From assembly GCA_028534125.1 (NCBI GenBank), contig CM052845.1:5146097-5210000 (forward strand): a stretch of 63,904 nucleotides of DNA, written 5' to 3'. This document shows positions 12,458 to 23,336 of the stretch, one piece after another. Source of the DNA: Lama glama. Lineage: Eukaryota. Positions within the stretch are counted from its first letter, which is position 1; each line of letters begins with the position of its first letter. The position numbers and the translations under genes were made by a program. Below the pieces are notes generated by a model that ran no database searches, had not been told where the DNA came from, and worked only from the letters and a program-made list of their open reading frames with translations.

Positions 12458-14861
12458 AGTCGGAGACAGCGGAGTAGAGACTCCCAGCTCGCCCTCTTCC
12501 ACAAATACACCAAGAATTACATCTACAAACCCACCAGATCGCACAGAACACCTACTGAACTCTGGAAAAGTGTCTCTTAAGAGGCTTCAAAATACAGGAG
12601 GATTGTCACAAAATCCGGTAAGAAAAAAAGGGAAAAAGAAAACGGGTGCAGGACTGGTCCTGCAAGGAAGGGCAGCAGAGGAAGAAAGGCACCCTCGCAC
12701 CAGGATGCCCCCTCTCCAGCCGGAAGGCCAGTGGGGACAAAAGTGGAGCTTCCGAAGCTTGGAGGAGAAAGTGGCAACCACTTGGCAGACAGAACTAAGG
12801 GAAACTGACACCAACTGTCCCTGTGACCCGCGGCCCTAGATGCAAGCCAGCAGGGATGAGCCCCGACTGGCTGCTGGAGATGGGTGAGGAGCCCAGGCAG
12901 CCTCAGGGGACTGGAGGATGGTGTGAGCTCTGGCTGGGGCGGTATGTGGGACAAAACAGCCTTGCCCCCCCCACATAAAAAAGCACCACTGTTGGGGTGT
13001 GTGTCGGGGAGAGGGGAGGGACACAATGTAGTCGTACCATTGTTGTGTTCTTGCGGGAAGAGCGGTGGGGCTTGGTCATAGCCATCACTGCTGCACGGAG
13101 CGGCCTGCAACTTCACAGGCCAGACAGATTTGATTATAGCCCCAGGCAGAGAGGGTGGATTTGCGCTCTCTGGACCCTGGCCTCTGGGTCATACAGGCAG
13201 TGAGCAGCGTTCTGGTGCACTTGGCAGGGGTGGGTATTTACAACAGGCGGCATACCGTACAACACACAGAGGCAGGGCTGGGGTCTGTGCCCCCAGCTGT
13301 GGCGCACCCCAGGTTCAGGTGTGTGACTGCACGCTCACTATGGCGGATCTGTACTGCTGGCTCCACCAGAGAAGGTGGCCGACATTCCCACAGCTAAGGC
13401 AGGGACAAAGGCAATGTCAACAAAGAGTACTTTGTAAGCCCGCATAACAAGTGACAGAACACCACTGAGGACACTTCCCAGCTGAAGCACTCCAAACCTG
13501 CCTACCACACACCACAGCTCAGAAACGGGTCTAGAAGCTTCTATTCCAGCATCAGGGGAGCAGACCCAGCCCCAGTCAAGGCCATGACAACTACAGAACA
13601 GAAAAGGAGGCCCCGCTCAACACCAACCACACATAGTAACAGCCATCACAACAAAACTATTAGATGCACCCAGTCTACACAGGAGCACTCCCACTTTAAA
13701 TAGAAGCAGCCCTTCAAGACCACAGTGGATAACTGATGCTCCTAAATCCACAGAGCCAGAGAAATACAAGTAAAATGAAGAAGCAGAACTATTCCCAATT
13801 AAAAGAACAAGAGAAATCCCCTGAAATAGTCTACGAGATCATGACTTCCAAAAGGGGGTGATCAAAGCACTGGAGGAACTAAAAGAGACTATGAATAGAA
13901 ACAGAATACTATAAAAAGGAAACTGAAACTATCAAGAAGAGCCAATTAAAAACAAAACTCAATGGCTGAGATAAGAGCTGAGCTAAAGGCAGTCAAAAGC
14001 AGACTAGATAATGCAGAGGAACAAATCAGTGACTTAGAAGACCAATGCAAATAAAAACGATATAAGGGACCTAGGGGAGAATATAAAGCATGCCAACCTA
14101 TGGCACAATAGGGGTCCCCAAAGGAGGAGGAAGAGAAAATGGGATGGAAAAGGTAGTTGAGGAAATCATGACTGAAAACTTTCCAAACCTAAAGAAGGAA
14201 ACAGATACTAAGTACAAGAGGCACAGAGTCCCCAACAAGAATCCAAACAGACTCGCACCAAGACGTGTTATAACTAAGATGGCCAAAGTTAAAGACAAAG
14301 TATTCTAAAGGCAGCAATAGAAAAACAAAGTTATTTACAAAGGAACCCCCATAAGGCTTTCAGCTGAGTTCTCTACATAAACACTGTGGGCCAGAAGGGA
14401 GTGGCAAGATACATTAAGAGTCCTGAATGAGAAAAAGCTGTAGCCTAGGATACTCTATTTGGCAAGACTACCCTTTAGAAGGAGAGAGAATTTCACAGAC
14501 AAGCAAAAACAAAGTATTCATCAATACTAAAGCTATACTAAAAGAAATATTGAAAGGTCTACTCTAAATAGAAAAGGAACAGGAAGCTAGAGAAATGAGA
14601 AAACCATAATTGGAAATACAATAACTACAATGAGTTGCAAGAGAATAACATGATGTAAAAAAATAAATAAAAATATCAAAATCATAAAACAAACAGTTTC
14701 TTCTGTAGAGCACAGGGAACTATATTCAGTATCTTGCAGTAACTTATGGTGAAAAAATATGAAAATGAATACATGTATGTATATGTATGACTGAAGCATT
14801 GTGCTGTACACCAGAAATTAACACATTGTAAACTGACTACACTTCAACAAAAGTATATTAA
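12458..14861 (+). mobile_element. ORF2-less L1 derivative (5'UTR, decayed ORF1, short 3' tail); HAL1-like
   Basis: L1-type GC-rich 5'UTR, ORF1 remnant, about 120 bp spacer, then about 175 bp of L1 3' terminus. Imperfect 16-bp flanking direct repeat (13/16). Confidence 0.85.
13775..14567 (+). pseudogene. Frameshifted L1 ORF1 remnant
   Basis: Begins ATG AAG AAG CAG AAC TAT TCC CAA, includes IGVP...EEIMTENFPNLKKE and GTPIRLSAEFS, and ends LKEILKGLL*. Multiple stops and indels. Confidence 0.88.
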
Positions 14862-15389
14862 AAAGAATCAACTAATGCCAAGACTCACTGCAAACACGTT
14901 ATGTGTGATTCACATTTTTGAACGTCATTCAGCCGCATGCTACTTATTATCAGTATCTTTCACTAGCTCTGAGAATGAGGCCCATTTCTATCTTGCTTAC
15001 AGGTTTCCCCCAAGGGTATCCATTTAGCTTCTGGACCTTAACGTCAATAGTGGAACTATAATTGCCATACTTAGCAGCCTCTGATGGGGCTCCTCCTTTA
15101 ACTGTCCATTCCTCCTTAAATGGAGTTGTCACATCAAATGGCCTCTGTTACATCCTTCTCTTGTGAGCAACAAAAGTTATAATACACACAATATTCAGCT
15201 GTGTGGATGTCAACCTGAATACATATCTCTCTTAGCTTGGCGTTGCACTTTGTTGCCTCTCTCCTAGACTACCCAGAGGCCCTATTCTTTTGATATAGAA
15301 GCACCCAAGGCCATCATCAAGAAATGATGCTATCTTAGGCAATTAACCCCAAAGAATAGTTTTACAGTGCTCCCATTTCTCCTTTCCTT

Positions 15390-15660
15390 TTTCCTTTCTC
15401 CAAGTATAACTCATATGCAATAAAATGGACCCCATGTAAGTGGGCAAATGAATGAGTTTTTGACAAACATATCCTCTCCTGTTACTACTATCACCATTGA
15501 GATACAGAACGTGTCTACTGCCTCAAAGGTCCCTCGGGCCCTTTAGATGTCAGTTCTTCAATTGCTAGCCCAAATGATCATTTATCTGCTTTCTGACATG
15601 TTGATTCATTTCTCTTTTCTAAACTTTCAAATACATAAAATCATACAGTGTGTTTGAAAA
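15390..15660 (-). mobile_element. Old L1 (L1ME-like) 3' fragment
   Basis: gtataactcatatgcaataaaatg...atgagtttttgacaaac...gatacagaac pattern. Confidence 0.55.
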
Positions 15661-16944
15661 CAAATAGCTTGTTACATTGGTAATACGTAGCCCAGTAGCT
15701 GGTACAAAGTAAGCACTCAAAAAATAAATCAGAAATGAATGGACAGGATTCAAAATTCTGAGTTCAAAAAACAAAATGCCAGGCGTTGAGACCTGCTGTC
15801 TTTGGTAGATCATTAGGGCCTCACAGGCAACTCCCAGATCAAATCAGAAGAAACCTGCGTGTGGACTTTTGATAAAGAGCTGTTGGTAGAGCAAATCGCA
15901 TCCCACGACTTTCAAGTCAGCTTAATTCCTTGTGTTTAGATTGAAACATTATTCAGAAGACTCCTAAATTCAGCCTGAATCTACAGGATCCTTGGACCTT
16001 TAAATGACTTCATCTTTCCTTGTATCAGAAATGCTAGATTATCCTTCAAACATACTTCCTTCCATCTCCTTACCCAAACATATAAATTGTATGTGAAAAT
16101 AAATACAGTCAAACATAGAGGCAAAGGTCATGAGACCTGGTGGTGTTGGTGGCAAGTTACCTTTTATGAAGAATGAATGGCTCTGCGGGAAATCTTTACG
16201 TCTGCGGTCCCCTAAAGAAGTATTCATTTCCAACATGTCATTCACCAGTTATCCCTGATTAAAGAAAAATAGACCCTCCCCCAAACTCCAGTTGCTACCT
16301 TGACAGCCTTTTATTTGCTATGACAGCTCAACTACCTGAGATTTTTGGCTCCTATTTTGCCTAATAAATGATTTCCAGAGTGTGCGGACCACCCCCAAAC
16401 TTTTTCACAAATCATTGCCAGGCACTCTACAACAATTTGGGATGGATGGCATTCAAACAATTGAATTTCTGTGCCTTGTTTCCTTATTCTTTAGCGCCCC
16501 AGGGCATATTTTACATTTATGTTTTGCAAATAACAGAGCATATGTTTCAATTCCCCACACTTAGTTTTCCTCCAACTCATTCCCGGTCAACAGCTTCAAT
16601 CTTGTCTATGGTTTCTCGTCTGGAGCTCTGAAAATGCCCCTTCACAGAGGAACTGATTGGGAATCACAGACAAGGCTGTCAGAACTGAGTTTTCAACCCA
16701 AGTGCTTCTCAGTTCAGAAGGGAAGGAAGAAAAACTGTTTCATCATGATTTCAACTCACTTTCTTTGATGGACATCAGACAAACATAGTCAGTAGGTGGG
16801 TCAGGGCTGGCACTTCCTCCACACGTGTGTAAACGTGTACACACACAAGGAGGAGGGGAAGAGAGGAGTGTGGGCCAACCTAGTCAACCAGTAACTACTG
16901 AGAGCCACCTAAGTGCCAAGCACTGGGTAAGAACGTGGAGATAA

Positions 16945-17848
16945 GACCTAAACAAGCAATTCTCCAGTGAAGACACACAAATGGCCAACAGGCACATGGA
17001 GTAAATGCTCAATATTGCTAATTATCAGAGAAATGCAAATCAAAACTACAATGAGGTATCACTTCACACCAGTCAGAATATCCAGCATTCAAAAGTCCAC
17101 AAACAATAAATGCTGGAGAGGGTGTGGAGAAAAGGGAACCCTCCCACACTGTTGGTGGAAAGGTAGTTTGGTGCAGCCATTATGGAAAACAGTACGGAGA
17201 TTCCTCAAAAGACTAAAAATAGACTTACCATATGATCCAGCAATCCCACTCCCGGGCATATATCCAGAGGGAATCTTAAAAGACACAACAGGCACCCCAA
17301 TGTTCGTAGCAGCACTATTTACGATAGCCAAGGCCTGGAAACAACCTAAATGTCCATCGACAGATGACTGGATAAACAAGTTGNNNNNNNNNNNNNNNNN
17401 NNNNNNNNNNNNNNNNNNNNNNNNNNNNNNNNNNNNNNNNNNNNNNNNNNNNNNNNNNNNNNNNNNNNNNNNNNNNNNNNNNNNNNNNNNNNNNNNNNNN
17501 NNNNNNNNNNNNNNNNNNNNNNNNNNNNNNNNNNNNNNNNNNNNNNNNNNNNNNNNNNNNNNAGAAGCAAACTCATAGAAAACAAACTTATGGTCACCAG
17601 GGGAGGAAGGGATAAATTGGGGAGTTCGAGATTTGCAGATACTCACTAGTATATATAAAACAGCTAAACAAGTTTCTACTGTATAGCACAGGGGACTATA
17701 TTCAGTATCTTGTAGTAACTTACGGTTAAGAAGAATAGGAAAACAAATATATGTATGTTCCTGTATGACTGAAATATTGTGCTGTACACCAGAAATTGCC
17801 ACAACATTGTTAACTGACTATACTTCAATAAAAGTAAAATAAAAAAAA
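16945..17848 (+). mobile_element. 5'-truncated L1 with 16-bp TSD (contains N gap 17384-17562)
   Basis: ORF 16967 has ORF2p C-terminal motifs ([37 protein letters not shown]) and a polyA tail follows. TSD aagaac(g/a)tggagataa at 16929-16944 and 17849-17864. Confidence 0.96.
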
Positions 17849-19251
17849 AAGAACATGGAGATAAAGTAAATGTCTAAAAACTCAACACACAACTTCATAG
17901 GATTCTGGTATATATATAATACACTCTTCTCTTTGAAAGGGTAGGGTTTGCATCTTTTCTCTTTTTCCAGATCCCACACTTCCAATTCACAGATTCTTAC
18001 CAAACAGGTACTTGGTGAATATGGCTGCCTGCTCATTCCACATCGATCTCCAACCCGCCCATTCTCACCTGGGAGGCTGTCATCACACACTGACACTCAG
18101 AAAGATTTAAATGAAGATTCTTGCCACATCCTAAATCACTGCCCAAGGAAGATTTAGAGAAATTTAGAACACAAAATCATTTCTGGGGCTGCATTTGAGG
18201 GCTATTTGCCTGAAATGAAGTTTTGAAGGAAGCGATTGGTGTAGGAAAATAAGACAACATTCATCGACTTGAAACAAGCTGCAGGCGCAAATCCACTAAG
18301 TTACTGAGACGGTCAGCTAGCGGAACAGTAGTGTCAGACTAGTTCTATGCCAGAACTCACTGTGTAAGATAAAATGTGTGCATGGAGAGGGGGGTTACCT
18401 CTGCCCTAGAGAGAAATCTGCCCAGGCACTGCTGGTCCCGACTCGATGCTGTCTAGGTCTTTACTAACACTTGCAGATCTGGTGTGTGCCTTTTCCTCTC
18501 AGCTGACAGTGATGACTCAGAGCATTACCTAAATCTCACTGCTCAGAAATCGGAGGAGATTGCTCTTTTACCCCACCTAGTGAGATGGCAACTCTGAAGA
18601 CCATTCACAGGAAGAGTGTCATTTTCAAAGCCATCTGGGTTGTACACCTTAAGAATCCTTGTCAAAACATCAAGAAACTCTCTTGCAAACCAAAAGGAAG
18701 GAAACACTCTTGAGATCTATATAGCCATGGGACTGATGTTTGAATTCAAAAGAGCAATTCCATAATGAACACTCACTGCTCTTTGTAAAGAACATTACAG
18801 CAAGGTTGACAGACACTGACAGTTTCTTAGGTCAGTTACTGAAGACGCTTGGCTCTGAGTGTCATTTCACTAAATTATCTAATGTATGAACCATGCTTCG
18901 CTATCAACTGTTTGTCAGTCATGTCAAAGAATGATTTCAGTGCTTCCTGATCATGTTCTAGGAAATAACTTCAAGGGGGCTTAAACTCTGGGGAACACTC
19001 AAACCTTCTGAGCCAATATGGCTGTCAATCCTAACAGGGCATCCAAAGGAGTGTGGGACCCGCGCTGAGATGAAGATGGCAAAATTCAGTCTCAGTGCTG
19101 ATTCTGGTTGGCTGTGTAAATTAAGCCGACTCAGGGAGCCTGACAAGGGGATGGTAGACTCTTAAAAATGAATCTCACGGGACATAATTATGTGAAGATA
19201 ATACAATCAAACAACAGCTAGAAAATACACAAATGCACACTTACCACCCAC

Positions 19252-19629
19252 CTGTATTTGGCATGACTAAGCGTCCTCCTAAGTGGCCAAAGACACCAGT
19301 GGTCCGCAGTTCCGTCCTTGTAGGAAGTGATGACAGATTCTGGATGTAGGGTGTTTTGTTTCTGGGATGCACTGCAGTGAAGCCGCGGTTGTTTCCATGG
19401 GGAAAAGTCCCGGAATGATTCTTGCCATGGTACTCAGCTCTCTCAGACACTCCCAGGGAAACCATGAATGAGCTCTGAACTTTCACTTTGATGTCCGACA
19501 GAGGGTTAAAGAGTGAGGACTCCGTCATGAGCTCCTTGTCCAGGGGGTCCTGGAGACAGATGGGCCCACTGTACGTTCGGCTCACTGTGAGGTCAGGTTG
19601 CAGGGAGGAATTCAGGAGCAGGGAGTTAC
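19252..19629 (-). CDS. UNC5D: UNC5D exon 10 (378 nt), cytoplasmic linker and start of ZU5
   Basis: tttcagcag|GT AAC TCC...AAT ACA G|gtgggt. Translates [34 protein letters not shown]...[15 protein letters not shown]. Confidence 0.97.
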
Positions 19630-21094
19630 CTGCTGAAAGAAGGCGGACCTGTCACTCAGAAACTGGGACACACCATCACAGCGGCTCCCTGACATCTGTG
19701 CTCGCTGGCTGAACAACAGCACTGCCTGCGGGCTGCTTGGGTCAGGGCTGGCCCTTCAGACCCACCCCAGGCATGGAGAGCTCCTCTCCTGGGCTGAGTG
19801 ACCAGAGCCTTGGACTCGGGAGCTCTGTTTTTAGTCAATTTTCTGAACATCACTGACCAAAATCATTCACGTTCCAGAGTCCCTTACACGGCATCTTTCC
19901 AAAACAAGCCGCTCCGCCAGACAACGAGCTCAGGCGTTACTGCTTATGGGATTACTTTAACTGGCAAAAAGAGAGGCTTCAAAAAGAAAAAAAAGGAAGA
20001 AAAGAAAGATGTTTTGTAAGCCAGTTCGGAGCGAAAATAACATCTGTTCATTTTAAACGGCAGGAGATGACACAGCGTGGTGACGAGGCAGGGCTGCTCA
20101 TAACCGAGGCTGCGCTGGTGCCAGCACATCTCACGTGGGATTCTGGTCAGTTTCTGGAGCTGGGGGAGGAAATGATGTGTCCTCAGAGCACAAAGGGTCA
20201 GGGGACTTCACGAATCGCTCCATGTCTCAGTAGCCAATTTGCTCTAACAATGTATATGTGACTCTGAGATGGAAAGGAGGTACCACACGAGGGTGGTGAG
20301 ACTCAGCTCCTACAAGGGGAGCAGCTTGGAATGGCCTCCTTTCTAACTCAAATGGGAAAAAAAAACCCCAATCCTTACAAAAACAGGAGAAATTGGACTT
20401 TCTCATCTGTTGAGGCTTACCAATTTTCTTCTCTGCCAAATATTAAAAAGAAATGCTGTGATATTTTCTCGTGATGAAGTCATCTCATTTATTAGTAAAT
20501 AACAGAATAACCCTCAGTCCCAAGCCGCCCACCCTTATCAGTCCGTCAACGTGACATCTCAGATTGAAGCCCAAACCACATTAAACAATTTTCCTTCAGG
20601 GCCTGACAAAAATGTTTAAAGTAAGGTATTTTTGAAAATGTGACAATTCTAGGCCATACTGTATTAGCTTCTATTGTTTTTCCATTTTCATAAATGGTAA
20701 CAACGCCAGCAGGAAATCGATAACCTTGACTTTTCCCAACTCTTTGTTCTGATGCTCTAAGAATCCAAAATCATAGAGGAGGAGGTTCAAAATGAGATGA
20801 AAGAGCCCTATAGATCTAAAGGCACCTTGATGGTACATTTTTTTTTTTCATGTTTGAGGCTCTTGGGCCAAGACACAGACACAATTAAGGAGCTCTGCTT
20901 TTTAATAGAACTGCATCGAATGCTACAGGTACCAGCCTTACTCTGGTTCATGGTTGGCCCAGGTAAGAAGCAAGAACCTTCATCTCACATCTGAAAAGAG
21001 CTTAGAACAGGAGTTTCCACTGACAAAGGAAACAGCAGACCCCAGACTCTTACGTCTCTTCTTTCAACCACTTACCTTCTGAAGTTTAATGTTG

Positions 21095-21235
21095 TAAGTT
21101 GAAGTATAGTTGATTTACAACGTTGTGTTCGTCTCTGGCACCCAGCATAGTCAATCAGTCAATTTTTCATTACTGGTTATTACAAGCTGTTGAATATAGT
21201 TCCCTGTGCTATACAGGAGGACCTTGTAGTTTAAC
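21095..21235 (-). mobile_element. L1 extreme 3' end fragment
   Basis: ttgaagtatagttgatttacaa...tgaatatagttccctgtgctataca. Confidence 0.8.
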
Positions 21236-21819
21236 TTCTGGCTACTCTTAAAAGAGCCTCCTTTTTTTTTTTTTTTGTACAAAGCACAGCAGTTTATTCT
21301 TTACATTTAATGACTTCTCTGTTTCTGGTTTGCACTTTTTGTACACTCAGCCTCATATTCATATTGAAGTAATTTGGAAAGAGCCTTCTATCTTATGTAA
21401 AGTCTAGAAGCAAAAACATTTCTATCATTAGATTTAATCTAACCTGAGCACTTAAGTGGAAAATGCCTGATTATGACAGTTTGTACATACGATAGAGTCC
21501 ACAGTTAAGGAAAGCTGGCTGCCAACTTGAAGGTAGGGTGGAATTTTAATCAAGGGCTCTGCTCATAGCACTTGTTTTGTGAGATTCTTGGTGGAAAAAA
21601 AATGGTAAAATAAGTTTGGAAAGGCTACATATTCTTACAGATTCACAATACACTTACCCTCCGAGAGGTCCCACAGTAAGGAGGTGAGTTTGAGCTTTGC
21701 AAGTCAGCGTTCCCCAGACACCTAGGTCAGGGGATGACCCCTCCCACCTGCTGCCTGGCGCTCTAGGGAGCTCACTGGCATCTTGTACCAAAGCAAGAGG
21801 AGACACAGCTTCTAGACTA

Positions 21820-22050
21820 ACACTCACTGCACTTACTGAGTACCTTCCATAAGCCAAGGGTTTACAGCACATGTTGTGCCAGGTAGTTTCATCCTCACGA
21901 GACCCCTCTGAGGTGGTGGGAGTACTCTCATTCGACATCATGAAAATTAAGACTAAGGGAGGATCAACGATGAACTCAATCTTATAGCTACTGGATTCAG
22001 ATCTACCCACTTCAGAGCCTCTGAATTTGTGCATGAAGCTGCCTCTCACA
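21820..22050 (-). mobile_element. MIR SINE
   Basis: cacttactgagtacc...tcatcctcacgagaccctctgaggt...ggattcagat pattern. Confidence 0.55.
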
Positions 22051-23150
22051 CTGCTGTACATCCTCTATGGTCAAGTGTTATGGCCTCAGTATCTTATCAT
22101 CTGATGGAAATACAGTTCTAGTTGTTTTATACGGTATAATGATCAGAGTTCTTCACTGGATTTCTTTCTAATTAAATATATATACCAAGCTCTAAACCCA
22201 AATTAAGGGGATGTGTCCCCATCTGAGGCTGACCAGACTCAGACCTGAAGCTCAGAGGCCAGAAGCGAGTCGCAAGTGGTCGGGCACCTTGTCTCCCAGT
22301 TTTTAGCATGCTTGGGTTTCCACTTCACAATCCTGTCTCTACTCAATCACTGCCAAGCAGCAAGCCTTCCTGTCCTGGGCTGCAGGCACTGCTGACAAAC
22401 AACAAGCAGAAATAAAGGTGACAGTCGTGACCACGAGGGTCAAGGTAGAAGACTTCATCCTCAGAAGACAGACAGTTTCATTTTTTTCTAAAATAAAAGC
22501 TAGACGTGTCTCATCCCCACCTCCCACTCAGGACAGAGTCGGTTCGTGTAAGAGAATGAAACGACTCTGTTTTAGAAACGAGCATTGCTAAAGTCGGACA
22601 TGATAAATTTTCCTTCCCCAACACAAGACTGCCTCGAGCTGGCAACAGCAGAGAGTCATTTAGGCTGGGAAGTTCGTTTTTTCCCTGGCTAAGTGGCCCA
22701 TCATAGAGCCTCTAAAGTCCTTTTACTTACTTCAAAATAAAAGCAACAAAAAATAACTCCACCTAATAAAGTGTCATAAATATGCCTTAGCCTGGGGTAA
22801 TCAGTATTTTAGTTAACTAAATACATATCTCCACAGCTGGCTTACTAAAATAGAAAGTTGGATAATCTGAGATTAAAGAACGCGTTATTCTCACTGCACA
22901 TCAAAAATGGAAATGCCTCACTTCAAAGGTTGGGAATAGTAAATTGAGATCTGCTGGTCCTCACGGTAGCCAAGGACTTGGGCAAACCACCCCACAGAGC
23001 CTGGGGTCCTAACGGGTGAAGACAATTTGGCAGCAGTCCCTAGTGCCCAGAGCTACCCTCACACAGGACCAAAGAACACCAGGGTCCTGCATGACTGCGG
23101 TCAGTCTGTGGCCCTGAGGATGAGGGGCNNNNNNNNNNNNNNNNNNNNNN

Positions 23151-23336
23151 NNNNNNNNNNNNNNNNNNNNNNNNNNNNNNNNNNNNNNNNNNNNNNNNNN
23201 NNNNNNNNNNNNNNNNNNNNNNNNNNNNNNNNNNNNNNNNNNNNNNNNNNNNNNNNNNNNATGACCAGGACCGCAACAGCGACCACTGCAGCGCCCAGGC
23301 CCGAGTACAGAGCAATGTCGCTGGCATTCTCCATGC
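23151..23336 (-). CDS. UNC5D: UNC5D exon 9, transmembrane exon (3' part hidden in N gap; lower coordinate inferred)
   Basis: tttcag|GC ATG GAG AAT. Visible 23261-23336 reads MENASDIALYSGLGAAVVAVAVLV. The donor lies in gap 23129-23260; 23151 assumes the orthologous 186-nt length. Confidence 0.9.

Noticed and set aside
12570-13447. Dense ORF cluster including a 179-aa minus-strand ORF (ORF0-like?)
   Set aside because: It lies in the GC-rich L1 5'UTR where stops are scarce. I see no similarity to a known protein, and ORF0 is described for primate L1.
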